DNA of 64,000 bases from Tricharina praecox (GCF_024521635.1 NW_026250403.1:3100001-3164000), one strand, 5' to 3'; shown: positions 25,310-38,841, counted from the stretch's first letter. Notes: generated by a model not told the origin, from the letters alone. Translations and numbers: made by a program.

Positions 25310-27484
25310 CTAAAGACGGGCCAAGCCGGTCGTCTCGTAAGTTCCGTTGTGCCAAGTAGGGATTGTCATCTTGAGGGCGTCGCCGGAGTATCCGAGGTCC
25401 TCGGCAACGAGCATGGCCGCCTTCTCTCCGATCAACAGCGCGGTCGAGTAGGTGTTGCAGCCGACGTTGTCGGGGCAGATGGACAGATCGGCAACCTTGA
25501 GGCCCTTGGTTCCGTGGACGTTCAGGCGCGGGTCCAAGACACCGTGCTTGACGATCTCGTTACCCTCGCGGGGAGCCATCGAGCAGGTACCCAGACAGTG
25601 CCAGGTGGTCTCGACGTGGCGGCGGACCCACTCGTCGATGGCGAGGTCGTCCTCCTTGCTGTACTTCAAGTCGCCGCGGACAGAAACTTGATTGCTGTTG
25701 AGGTGGTTGGCATCGGGGTCGGCGGTCTTGGACGACTTGGTCGCCCAGGAGCCGTGGTAGATTCCAGCGGTGATGTGATCCTTGCCGGCGTACTTGAGGG
25801 TGTCTTCGAGCGACAGGTCCTCCGCTCGCGCAGTGGAGTCGTAGCGGAACGTGGGGTGCAGGGAGGTCACCTCGCCGGCGTAGCAGTCCATGCGGCGCGC
25901 GGTCTCTCGGGACTTCTTGTACGACCAGATCATGGGGCCCATGTCTCGGGAGTCGTTCATGAAACCGGCATCGAACTCGGGCATGGCGTAGGGGTTGGCG
26001 GAAGTGATCTTGGTGTAACCGCGAGAGAACGGGTACTCCAGGAAGTGGAACATGGAGAAGAACTTTCCGGGAGGGATCTGCATGTGGTCACCGAAGAATC
26101 CGGAGATAAGCGAGTAGTGCATGACAGGCTTGTCGGGCTTGTTCTTGAAGTAGGAGTTCCATCCCTCGCGGAACTCGGGGCCCATGTCGACCAGTTCCTG
26201 CTCGGTGGGTCGGATCTTGACTCCTGCTTCGATTCCGTTGGTCGACAGAGGACCGCCACCGGTGGCGTTCCATTCGTCGAAGACCTTCTTCTGGACAACT
26301 GGGTCGCCACGGACGAAGTCGTCGAAAGTCTCGGTGTCGGGCTTTGCGCGGAAGACCGAGAATGTCAGGTAGTGGTCCTGGAAGTTTTGACCGACACCGG
26401 GGAGATCGATGAAGGGCTTAACACCGGCAGCGCGGAGAGTCTCGGTGGCACCAATACCGGAGCGCTGAAGGACAAGTGGCGAACTGAGGGTTCCGCACGA
26501 GACGACGATCTGCTTCCTGGCGCGGAAGATCTTGGCCTCTTGGTTGTTGGTACCGCCGACGGGCTTGGTGGGGATGGTCCTGACTCCAACTGCGCGGTTA
26601 CCCTCGAAAAGGATCTTGTCGATCTTAGTGTTGCACAGCAGGTAGAGGTTGCCCTTGTTTCGCATGGTGCTGTGGATGTAGGCAGAAGCCGAGTCGCTGC
26701 GGCGTCCAGTGTCCCTGTTGATCCACTTGAGCCAGTGCTCCGCTCCGTGAGCGGTCTCGAGATCTTGAAGATCGTCGGTGACGGGAATGCCCTGAGTCTC
26801 GACGGCGCGGAGGAAATCCTGCATCATCGGGTAGGTGTAGTTGCCGAAAGAGACCTTGATGGGTCCCTCGAATCCGTGGAGTTCACGGTTGTTGGAAGGC
26901 CTCTGGTAAGTTTCATGCTGCGAATTTCTGTCAGCTCAAGTTCAATGGAATCGGGCTACTAAGATGTATCTACCTTGCGCATCAACGGCAAAAGCTCCTT
27001 AGTGGTCCAGCCGGGAGTCCGGAAGTCATCGTAGTCCGAGGCCGAAGCTCGGGTGTACATCATGAAGTTGATCGAAGACCCTCCACCGAGAACATTGGCG
27101 CAGGGGACGATGGGGGCTCTACCGAGGAGATGCTCACTCGCTATTCCAATGTCAACAACGATTCCAGTCTCAAGAATTGCACACTCGGGGAACGCGTACG
27201 TTGTGCCTGGTAGAAACTGGCGGTCTTGGAGTCCAGCTTCATGTTCCGGGGGAAGATTCCCGGCCTGTAAACCCATGGGTTGTTGATGTTGTTCTCACCG
27301 GCCTCGAGAAGGAGGACCTTCAGTTTCGGGTCGAGGTTGGCGAGACGACCGGCAATCACACATCCGCAAGAACCACCTGGAGAAACATCAAAGTCAGAAA
27401 TGCTGCAGTTAAGAGCTTAGGACTGTGGAATCTTTCCAACTCACCTCCGCACACAATGATGTCGACCTCGTCGGGAATAGCCAT
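25310..27484 (-). CDS. AOX1: Alcohol (methanol) oxidase, GMC oxidoreductase, peroxisomal (~663 aa)
   Basis: Exons 27484-27445, 27376-27200, 27140-26974, 26917-25310. N-terminus 'MAIPDEVDIIVCGGGSCGCVIAGRLANLD', then 'LGGGSSINFMMYTRASASDYDD', 'ETTWHCLGTCSM', 'PDNVGCNTYSTALLIGEK', and C-terminal PTS1 'ARL'. Confidence 0.97.
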
Positions 27485-30400
27485 GATTGCAGAAGTTGTG
27501 GGATTTCTCTGTAGGTGAGCTGGGTAGGAGATCACTGGAGAGCGTGAGGAAAAGAAGAATTACGGGGCCACATCAAGGTCTTTAAATGCTCTCCGGTCTT
27601 GCTATGAGTGCCCAGGACCGCTCGCTTCGAGGCGGCATCAACAGAATCTCAAGGGCTCGAGCTAACCACTTCCCAATTCCCGCTGCACTGTCCATCCTAA
27701 CTCACGCAGCCGACTCCGCCCCCACGCGCCGACTGCGACCATCCTGCAAGCAAGTACTTTATTCGATCTGTGCCACATCCTCGATGATGGTTTGGTGTAG
27801 TCGAAATCCGGGATGGGTGGGATTGGATGCAGGCGGATGTGCTCGCTGCTGATAGCATTTCCAGGACTAGTGCAGATCACCACATAAGCGGATTGTGGGG
27901 CGGACGTGGGGTAGACGGTGAGCCCGAAGTGCGTAGCTCCACGGGGGGCGGTGGGGAATTGGGAGGTCGCAACGATGCCGGAGCCCAGCAAGACTCGCTG
28001 CCTGAAGCACCTGGCACATACCGTAACCCAGACACTGAACGGCTGCAGGCTATCGGGGTCCTAGCACTTCAGCATCAAGATGGACGGCAAGGTGTTCAGT
28101 CCGTGGAGCTGCTGGATCTTATGGTCCTCGAAGGTTCCCTTCCATCGGGTAGCTTTCCGAAGAGCTCTGTAGCTCGATCACCGTCCGTCCGAGAACGTCC
28201 GCGACCGCCAGCGCCTCTCGACTTGCTATCCGTTGCGCGGCGCCGCCAGCACATACGGAGCACTTTAGGCCGATCCCGAGGACTCCGATCCGCACACTCG
28301 AGAGCGCGCGGATCCGCGGAAGATCCGGAACTGGGACGGACTTGGCACGCGCCAGATTGATATTGCCAGCCAGCCATCTTGTTCGCATTGAATGCCTTGC
28401 GCACCCTCCAGACAGACAGTCCTCCTCTGATCCGAATCGTTGAGCGATTGAGCACATGCAGGCCGCAACTCTGTACGAGTACGCTAGTTACTATCATACA
28501 TACACGACATGGATGATCAAGGCAGACGAAACCGCATTCCGCAGCCGGGGAAAAGGCTTGGTGTGCCCGACAAGGAAGGGAAGCTCAGTGCAGCTAACTT
28601 ACTAACTAATGCATGCATTCCGCCCCCGCATTTCCCCACACCCCACCAACACCAGCACCCAACCAGACACCCTAGGTGAAAAGCCACGATCCTTGGACCT
28701 TGACCGTAATTGGCGCTGATTGGACAACTGCTGCACAGCCGCTCCACCATGAGGGTCTTTGGCCTCATCGAATTGCTTTTGTAGAGCGTATTCCGAAACC
28801 CGATCAGACGGCAACCGTCGTATCGCATTTTGCCCGGCCAACGGAACATTGCGGTGCCTCTGGAGCGCATGTTTGTTCCGGAAGAAGGAATGAGGGTACT
28901 GAGCAGTGGGATGCCTCTGTTCAGCCCATTCGAATTCGAGTCTCGAAGAGTCCAAGACATCTCCAATGGGACAAACGAATTCACTGGTACACCACTGTTC
29001 AGCGCGTTTACCTGGTATGGTACACGGTGATTGCCATTTTCTCCCACACTGATCAGCAGCGTCAGGGTAGGGAGGTACATGGTCGGTGCCGTACGCGTTG
29101 TCGACCCTGATCCCCCGAAACCCCACTAACTACTACGTCCAGACTCCATGAGTTCAAGAATAAGCGCCCCCACAAGCCTCAAGGGATGAGCATGCGGGGG
29201 GCCATGGCCTCGGACGCGCGTTGACAGCGGTGGAGCTCTTCCAGCGAGTACGACCGGAACTGCAGCCGGCACCATTCCGTTGGTTCCCCCCAAGATTTGG
29301 CTGAATCGCGTCTGGGTATCTGGCGCATGGCAGACTCGTGATTGGCTCTGGGCCTTGTGCTTGGGCTACTCACCTGCCCAAGACTATGCCAATGCATCGG
29401 CGTTGTCGTTCACAGAGCGCAACGTGATTCGAGGTGCTCCCGGCTAAAAGCCCACGGTGCAATGGTGCATCGGTCGGTCGGTGCAGCGTAACAATCGTGG
29501 TTAAGCCAAAGGACGGACCAAAGCACAGACAGCCACCCAAAGAGATCTCAATCAGGGGAGAACCCTCCCCCTAAGATACCGGTGCTCTACTCCATGAAAG
29601 AAGTACATACCGGTATCCTTTTACCTGCAATCTACCAGATTGCTCTCCGCATGATATTTGTCTGGTAATGGCTACCTAATACACGGACCTACTACTATGT
29701 ACTCCGCATATATACCGCCAGCATCAGGATTCAGCATCCGCATGGCTGTTTCTACAGCCATCGCACCGACTTTGGGGTGACACTGCATACCGGCAAATCA
29801 CCTCCCGTCCTTGCTGCAACTTCTATTCGAACGGGCCGTTTTCAGTCACCATTACTCGTCGCAGAAACCAAGTTGACCCCGCAGATAGTAACATGCATCG
29901 GGGAATGAACGGAAAGAGCATCGCGGCCACGCGCAAGAATAGATGTCTGCTCGGTGCTGTGTTGCACAAGACGACCATTCGTGGCGCATCGATGCTCCCT
30001 ACGACGTCTGATATTCGGGTATGTCCCGGCATAACTCCGCCAGCGGGGAACGCATTCACCTCGATCAATGGCGCCCGCTAGCACGGTGAGATCTGCACGG
30101 TATCCTCAAAAGCAGAAGAATCACTATATGCTCTGCATGCTGGCCCCAAGTTATGTACTTGGCCCATGCCGCGGTGCCGCGTTCAAGGCGTCGTACCCCC
30201 GGTGGAGCCAAGGTTGAGATTTCACGGCGCAAGAGTTTTGGCCATGAACTTCCAAGCCCCCTCATCCTCAAACCCAATCCCCGAGAGTTGTGATCCTGAC
30301 AGCGGACATCGCGGGGAACCATTGTGGAGAACCAAGAACCCAGCCGACCAGGTACTCTGGACGCAGCGTCATATAGGTGGCTGTATGTACTCTATACGAG

Positions 30401-33400
30401 TACCTAGTATCCAGCATCTGACGACGCACGAGTATCCACATATGGGGCGCGAGACTGGGCGACGCCTCCGATTCACGCACACGTAATGCACGAGACTTTT
30501 TCTCCAGGAGTTTCGCCTCCTTTTCTTTACGCCTCCTCCCCTTTTCTTTGCGCCCCCTCCCCTTGCCTCTTCAGCTATCCCAGACTTCCGTCTTCAATCA
30601 TCATTCCGTTTCTATCGTGTCCTGGAATAGCTTCCCAAAGTTCACGATATTCTATCAACAACAACACGTCAGCTTATGCAAATCCGGGGTAAAGTTCTAT
30701 ATGACTACCTAAGTACCTCTGTACCCTTACACTCCCACTGTTTTATCGCTCCCACCGTCTCCCCAGAGCTGGGTGTGTTGCCGGACAGCTTACACTGACG
30801 CGGCAGCCATAGTGAGACTCGGGAGTCCGACAGGCCACCTACCGTACCTACTCTACTCCTTTCACTGCGCCGCGAGCGGGCGCCCGACACTCGCTGAACA
30901 AATAGCGAAGCCGTATGCGACAATCCTTGGAAGCCGCTTGCGCGTAGGAGGTGTCTATATACTCTACCGTACTCTACTATACTCCACTATGCGACTGCGA
31001 CTGCGACAAGCGGTTCGGACGTCGCTAGAGCGAACTGGCGCTAGCATAAGACATCGGATTCAGGCTCAGGACTACTTACTCTGCCGGATCGAATACGAGG
31101 AACCCACAACGGAGCAGTACGCATCACCGTCTTGGGAACGCCGTGGCTTCCGAGGCTTGCATACTCGCGCTCTCGCGGACGGTTGCGTTGTCGTCGCGGC
31201 GCCCGAGTCCGGAGGTCGAGGACTCCGATTTTTCGTTCGCCGAATCGATCCAATTAACATCAATCTTTGCCATTAAAAGGTAATTCGAATACAACTGAGC
31301 AATTGAGTACGAGCGCTACTATCGGCAGGCTAAGCGTGGACGCACCGACAGATCACTCAAACACCTACTATAATTGCCGTTGCCGTTCGATAGTCGCGGA
31401 TAGCTAGAGTGGTTTTGACGTTCAGGTGCAAATTAGAGTACGAGTAGAGTAGCTCCCGCGGCTTCCCTCATTGGAAGATGCCACGATAACGGCCCCTTAT
31501 CTCGGCTGCCGCTGGAAGTGAGATGGGCGAGGATCAGCAAGAGCCCCGGCCCCTGGTAGTTAATGCCGAAAACATGGCGGGTCATTCGTTTGCAACACGT
31601 GACTACGCTAGTAGAAGTCTCTCCTCCAACCGCCAGATACACCATTGTCACGCTGAATAGCCCATTGAGTTGCGATTGCGGATATCGCTGCATCATCCAG
31701 ACGTGAAGCTGAATAGGAATTAGAACACAGACTTGGCCCCCCTACTGTATTCCAGTCGTCCGAATGACCGTCAAGCCGCCAACTCTTTTATGCACCTCGC
31801 CGAAGACATTTTATTCAAGCCACATCACATGTCGCTCTGTAGTCTTGATGCCTGACCTATATACCGCATCATATACACGCCTACACACCTACCTACCTGC
31901 CTACTACCTAACTAATGCCTCTTCGCGTCGTCTCCCTGTCGTCCACGGCGCAAGAGCAATACATACCGTACTAAGTACTTGCCTTAGGTAGTCCCAGTCG
32001 GCTACTAGCGCCGCGGCATGCCTAAGCAGTAGTTATCACCGTAGTTTGAGGCTAGACAGCATCCATATGTAGAGTAGCTCTCGCCCTGCAACGCTGTAAC
32101 GCAGCTGCCGTCGTATTCGGTTTGGTGCCAACTTGGTAAATATTTAGGCGGAGTACCTAACCAACTATAAACGCGCCTAACTATGGAGTGAAATGCATGG
32201 CGTAGACGGCGCTCGACAGCTACTAGTTAGCCATACACACGCCGACTACAAAGTCTTGAATCTGCAGATTCACATGATGCAGGGATTCAACCGTTGTTGA
32301 TATTTATTTTTATGTCTCAGTCTCAGTCTGAGTCTCCACTCTCCAGCCTCCTCGCCAGGTCGCCAGGCATCTCTGCTCCACGCCGGTATCACCGTCAGTG
32401 GATGATGCATAGGTGGTCCGTAGTAGGTAGTTACTATGTACCATTGGAGCACTGCGGTTGTGCACTGCGTGGCAGCATATCATGCTGCCAACGCCTCTGC
32501 TCTACTCTGCTCTACTCTGAGTATTAGAGAAGAGTACACGTCTCATCACACTCCCTCTGCATTTTCCCTCTCTTCAATATTGTCCTCTACAGTGTACACA
32601 TCCCCACTTGACCACTGCCGGAAATCCATTACCTCGCGCTGGCCGTTTACGGTCGCAGACTCGTAGGTACATTCCCACCGTGTACATACGTAGTACTTAG
32701 TACATATGCCGTGAACGCCGTGTTGCAACTTCCAAAGCCTCATCCCAACCTCCAGCCTGAGTCCGGCAGGCATCCACCCAACATCATACATGGCCCACAA
32801 TCTTCAAAGGCGTGGGAAAAGTGAACCCCGGGCGGAAACAGGCGGTGAGGCGGTGGTGTTTCATCATCCCTCGTAGGCACCCACGCACCTACATACAAGT
32901 AATTATGCCGTGGCCGGAGTAGAGTACTGCCGCGCCACTCGGAGGAGGAGGAGGACGCGTCTCTATTAAATACATTATACATAGTTGGGCAGTGTCGATG
33001 AAGGTCGGTGGAATCAATAGTTCGCTGAACCAATGCCTGGTAACTGCTACTACCAGTTATACCTATCGCACGAAGTGGTTATTGCACCTAGTCTCCCAGA
33101 GAGTGAAGTTTGGATGTTGGACGGGCCGTGGTGAAAGCACCTATGTAGATACGTGTTCGAGTGAATGATCGAATGCTTCTGCTACTAGTTACATAGTAGC
33201 CAACCAAATGTGATCGCCAGCAGTCCGTAAACACCTGTAGGCTGTCGACCGCGACTCAGGCGAACCGTTCGGCCGCCGCTATTGTGTGTACATACATATG
33301 CAGATACTCGTATTATGTATATGTAAGAGTTGAACTGCCAGCGCTCTGTTCCCCTGAGTCCGTGCAGCAGTGCCGCGAGTGCCAGTGGACTGGAATTTGG

Positions 33401-33702
33401 AAATGTTGGGGCCGGGGGATCTTCCTTTCCGCCGCTCGCTAATTAGACAGATAGATACTTGTCTTCTGAAGTAGATATGTATATGTATGTGGGTGCCTAT
33501 ATCACGGTAATACCTAGTCGGCTTCTGTAGCTTGCCCCGCTGCCGCTGCCAGGATCCTGCCATCCTGGTGCTGACGGCAGGGGCGGATGCCGAAGCTACT
33601 GGGTATGTAGGTGCGTAGTAAAGGCCGTGCCGATCTTTGATACGAGTCGGCGGGCGCAAGGGTAGTGAGTTCACGAGGAGCCCGACTACTCTCCGTACTT
33701 CA

Positions 33703-33930
33703 TGTTGGAAGGACTCGTGGTGGAGATCATTGGAGCGATCGAGATGGGGAGAAGTGATGTGTTCTGGTCTACATAGGAGCTACTGCTACAAAAAAAAAGA
33801 GAGAGAGAAAGAAAACTGAACTTCGACCCGCTACCGCCACCGGTCCTCCGGTCCTCCGAATGACTAGTGGACCACTCACTCACTCACAGAAATACACTCG
33901 TTCCTACGCTTTACTCAAGCCCACTAAACA
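33703..33930 (+). repeat. Dispersed repeat copy A (solo-LTR-like, TGTT...AACA)
   Basis: Starts TGTTGGAAGGACTCGTGG and shares GGAGCGAT, AGAAGTGA, GCTACCG and CCGGTCCTCCGAA blocks with copy B and the inverted copy C. Confidence 0.7.
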
Positions 33931-33990
33931 CGCATTTGACCGTGTTGATATGTACCATGGAGTGTCGTTACCATGATTTTTACCCCTCTC

Positions 33991-34176
33991 TGTTGGAAGG
34001 ACTCGTGGAGATGAGTCACTGGAGCGATGGAGCGATGGAGATCGAGAGAAGTGAAGTGGTAGGTATGTTCGGGTCTAGGAGCCACCGGTACAAGAGAGAG
34101 AGGAAGAGGAAGAGGCAGAAAACTTGGACCTGCTACCGCACTGAATATTCTAAGCACCCACCACCGGTCCTCCGAA
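33991..34176 (+). repeat. Dispersed repeat copy B (direct copy of A)
   Basis: TGTTGGAAGGACTCGTGG...AAGCACCCACCACCGGTCCTCCGAA. Confidence 0.75.
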
Positions 34177-35465
34177 CGGTGAACTTGGGAAGGGGTGTCA
34201 TCTAAAACTTGGAGGTGCGACTTGGAATCCAACCTTGGAAGCTGGCATGGAACATGGTAAAGACCTTTCACTCTGCAAGCTTTTAAACAGGGGCTATCAC
34301 TCGATCGCACACTAACGGATCTATTAGAATTTGGAAGTAATGATAGAAAAGCGATGAATAGTCTGAGTATTGCCAGAATATGCAGCAAAAATTCAGAAGC
34401 CCACGATACTTGTAGACATGAAAAATCCGCAATGCAAATAACGAGTGATCATAAAAGTAAAACCAGCACATCCCCTCAAGTTGCTATTCTAGCTGGGTGG
34501 TTGGAGATCGATAGGGCCGGCTAGTAACCACTTACTAGTTGGTCAACATCCTCGCCATTTCCTAGTTGCCGGGTTGCCGGTAAGACCGAGTTGGCTAAGA
34601 GAGCTGTTGCAGATCCAATGCAGCGTCTGTTGGTCATCGACCCTCCACGAGTCCACGACTCCACGAGTACGGTATGTAGGTACTGATATGCACTCACTCG
34701 TCGTAATGGTTGCAGATGATGCATTCGTCGGTTCGGGCATGTCTGCGAGCATTAGGAGCTGGGCGACGGGTGCCGTCTTCGGTCATGTGGTTTTCTATTC
34801 CATCTTGATTCTTGCCGTTGATGCGGCGGTGGACTGTCGTCCCCTGTGGTATCGTCTTTCCTTGTTGCTTCCCACGTATTGTACATTTCCTCGTCTTCCA
34901 TGTCTTCCTCTTTCTCCTTTGGCGAAAATGCCTGCTGTCGAATCCGGATTGCCGAGAGGTTCCGTGAAATCGACTTGCTCAAAGCCAACTAGACGTTGGA
35001 TGGAATCACCGAGTGTTGCTTCGGCTTTACGCCAATTTATCGTCACATACGGCCTGTCACTGGTCAGACTATGGCGACTACAAACCCGACCTTCCTACCA
35101 GCTCTATGGGAATAGATAGAAAGCTCCATCGCTGTCGGCCCCTGCGCCTCAACATACCAAATTCAGCCGTGTTCGACTTGTAATGCTAAGTAAGCCTAGT
35201 TCTACAAATAAGCAAATAACGAGTGATAATTCGCTCGACAGGATCGGTCCGTCTGCTAAATTCGATACGGCTTGTCCCACAAAGCTTGCAGGAAAAGACG
35301 GGCTTGTGGTCACCATAGTTTAGACAGGCCGTATGCGATAATAAATGGATGCTCCCTCTCCCTCTCTCTCTCTCGACGAGGCTTGGAATTCTTCGTCGAA
35401 AACCCTACATCCCCCGCCTGCTCCCTTCCAAGTTCTAACCTGTACGTAACTCTCTCAGCTCTGTG

Positions 35466-35678
35466 GTAACGAGTGTGTTTCTGCTAGTAACTAGTCCACT
35501 AGCCTCTCAGAGGACCGGTGGTGGGTGCTTGGAATAATCGGTGCGATAGCGGTTCCAAGTTCGGTTTATTTCTCTTTCTCTTGTACCCGTAGCTACTTCA
35601 CCTGAACACACCACTTCACTTTTCTCCAACTCCATCGCTCCAGTGGATCTTCAATAGCCTCCACGACTCCTTCTAACA
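35466..35678 (-). repeat. Dispersed repeat copy C (inverted)
   Basis: The reverse complement reads TGTTAGAAGGAGTCGTGG...CAAGCACCCACCACCGGTCCTC...CTAGTGGAC...CAGAAACACACTCGTT, matching B and the 3' extension of A. Confidence 0.75.
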
Positions 35679-37364
35679 AGCTCATCCACTGCCCATTCTG
35701 TCAGAACCCCGCAAATCTTCGGGCTCCAATTCAACGAGGGTTGTCCGCCGCAAGACCAGACGCCTTAGACCGCCGGAGAGCCAGTCCCAGACGTCCTCAC
35801 ATCTCCAGGTGCCACTGCACTGGAGCCCGGGTGCTCCATTCACTATCCCACCATGATGGCAGAGTCATAACTATCAACGCCGCCCAGTACGTCTCTCCCG
35901 CGGAAACCACTTTCGCAGCTACCGATCAGAAATTACCTGCTTCATTGTACCCGCCCTGATTTGATTGCTTTTCTCAGCACGGTAGTGTGCTGAATATCTT
36001 CCATTGCGACTCTCTCCCGTGGATAGCACAATAAGAGCATTAATCCTCAAGTCTGACACAGAACACGAGTAGGTACATACAAACCGCCCTATACTAGTAG
36101 AAGACGACTTTCACCCGTTAGGTTGGGGAATACAAAGGCCTGATTCGAATGGTGGATGAAACGTCACTAACTGTGTGTTGACAAGTACCTTGGAAAGAGC
36201 CCATCCGGGAGAAGTTGCAGTCCCGATTTTATGGGTATATACTACAGAATATACACACATTTTCTGTGACATCTCGGGGCGACAGTACGCCTCTCTCCAA
36301 CGTAACGGCTCGTACTCCGTGGTCAACAACACGATTATACGGTCCACATTTCCGTCACTCCTAACTACTTGTCAACCCCACATCCTCCTGCCTGTCCACA
36401 GTCGACTGCAGTGGGAACTCCATGCCCACTTTCTCTTGCCTTTTCCGTTTCCACCGGCCTCCCCTCCTGTGACATAGCACCCCATAGTCTTACCAGTCCA
36501 TATTCAAGCTACAATACTTCGCAATGACTTTCATACCCTGAGATTATGCCCGGCGTACAGTCCTCGGGGATAGCAGACGGCGTGCCGAGGACGGGAGATT
36601 CGGAGGGCACGACGACCCAAAGGATGGCATAGCAGCAGACTTCAAGCAGGTCGCTGGAGCCGCCGGCGAAGCCGACTTTGCAGTTCAAATTGATGGATGA
36701 AGCTGAAAATCGTCATCACTTGTACGACCGACGTTCCTACCACCAATCGGAGATCCACCCGGAGCCGCCTTTGACCCTGGCAGGGCTTTATACCGGATTG
36801 TGGGCTGCGGCTAGAGACTATATTTTGATACAGGAGATATGTTTTCGGTTGCGTCCTGTCATTCTAGAGCCTCTTACATCTTGCCATGCAATAATGGCCT
36901 TTGTGGCTGCATAGTGAGTGTACGGTTAGATCAAAAGCCGTGCCCATAGTGTCGAAGATAAAATGAGTTTATTCGCACTACTAAAACAGAAATTTCACTC
37001 GGTGACTGTGTAAATACTTACTGTATAGTCAGTGGGGTAAAAGAATTGGTAGTGCTAATGTATCTTTCAGAAAATTGTAGTGATATGGTATCAGTACGGT
37101 CAAAATATGGGGTTTTTATCCCCTGATATGATATCAATATGCGTCCAGCACGCAAGGCTTTGAATCTGTGAGGTTGCGGCTCCTTTGGGTACCTCCCTTG
37201 GGCAGCTTGCAGCTCTCTCTTCCCCAAGTTCTATTCGACGTAGGACACACTAAAACAACAAACAACACAAACATCGGATACCAATCCTCCTGTTTCTCTC
37301 TCTCCTAAACCTCTATCATCTCCATCACCTCCATCACCTCCATCACCTCGAATCGTCTAACACA

Positions 37365-37640
37365 AACTCCCTATCGCCCGCTTAATACCACATCTCCCAG
37401 ATCCAATACAACACCTCTCACACCCCGTGCAAGATTTCTCAAGCCCAATTCATCACCTCCCAACCCAATACATCACCTCCCATAACCGTGCAACACCTCC
37501 CAGGCCAAATAAATCCCCTCCCAGGCCCAATAAAACATCTCCACACTCCGTGCAACACTTCCCAGACCCCAATACAATACCTTCTAGGCCCAATAGAACA
37601 TCCCCAGGTTTGATATGACACCTTCCAGACCGAATAGGAG
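37365..37640. repeat. Degenerate ~20-21-bp tandem array (~13 units) with a ~62-bp higher-order period
   Basis: Units resemble CCCAATACAACACCTCCCAGG. The variant CCGTGCAA recurs at 37425, 37486 and 37548. Confidence 0.75.
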
Positions 37641-37755
37641 TTTGAATTGACCGACCGCTTTACAGCCTTTACCAAATTCGACATTGCCTCCTGCATTGAC
37701 AGATATCACCGGCTCGTTTCCTTCTATCCGGCATTCCTGATAACAATAAAAAATT

Positions 37756-38780
37756 ATGACGAGCCTTCCGAACTGCTTCGAGAAGTTGAACGGGGTCAAC
37801 TACGTTACCTGGGCCCTTGTGATTATGGACCACCTCAAGCAGCAGGGACTCTGGAGGATCGTCGAAGGAAGCGAACGCATGCCGTCGGTGCCGACGGCCA
37901 TGAGATACACCCAGGTCAATCAGGCCAGTATGGGCGATCCAAAATACACCTTCATTCCCGCCTCCATGGATCCGGTGTACCTTCAGCGATACGAACTGTT
38001 CCTCGCTGAATGGGAGCGTTACCAGAATAGATGCAGCCAGGCCTGTGGAACTATCTGCATGGCTATGGAGCCCTTTATCCGCCAGCGATACCAGGAAGAT
38101 GCCCACAACGATCCGAAGATGTTGTGGACTTGCATCAAGGACGATTCAATGGCCAGGAATGCCGAATCCAGGTTGGATGGTTTCACCCAGATGCAGAGGC
38201 TGGCTACCTGTAAGCTGGAGAACTACCGCTCGGTGGCCGAATGGATTAACGCACAGAACGCGATTGTCCTTCATTTGGCGATGTGCGGCATCAAGGTCGA
38301 GGATAGGTGGCGTAGCTTTTACCTCCTGTGGAACTTGCCAAAGACCTTTTCGTGGCGAGCTTTTAAGGCTTCACTTCAACAGAATGTTATGGTGATGTCT
38401 TCGGCCACGATCATCACTCATCTGGCTACGTTCGAGGCCTCTGGTCGCCACGGTGGAGGCACTGAAGCTCGACTCAACTCCACTTTCTGGGGCTCGGCGG
38501 AGGCACCCGGACAGAGAAAGGCCATCGTCAAAGCATGGGTTTGTTACGGATGTGGCGAACGTGGTCACAAGCAAGCCTTCTGTCGCCACGCCGAGAGGTA
38601 TAGATCAATCTCTGTCGATATAGACGGTATGAAGAGCGGAGGAAACTCGACGAACCGGGCGACTATTACCAACGACCATCGAGAGTCTGCGATTTTAACC
38701 AATGACGCCAATGACGCCAATGACGCCAATGGCGCTGATGGCGCTGATGGCGCCAACGACGCCGACGACGAGGCGGACGC

Positions 38781-38811
<31 letters not shown>

Positions 38812-38841
38812 CACAAAGAGTTTTACGTCGGCGCAAACTGA
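37756..38841 (+). mobile_element. Stand-alone Ty1/Copia-type gag ORF (361 aa) with a CCHC zinc knuckle and acidic tail; no pol
   Basis: Intronless intact ORF. N-terminal 'EKLNGVNYVTW..HLKQQGLWRIVEG', central gag-like helices 'DPKMLWTCIK..SVAEWI..LLWNLPKTF', knuckle CYGCGERGHKQAFC (CX2CX4HX4C), then DAN/DAD repeats. No protease, integrase or RT ORF follows. Confidence 0.85.

Noticed and set aside
25169-26962. 597-aa + strand ORF antisense to the alcohol oxidase
   Set aside because: It mirrors the AOX codons in register. Strong codon bias in highly expressed genes removes antisense stops, and the translation has no recognisable motifs.
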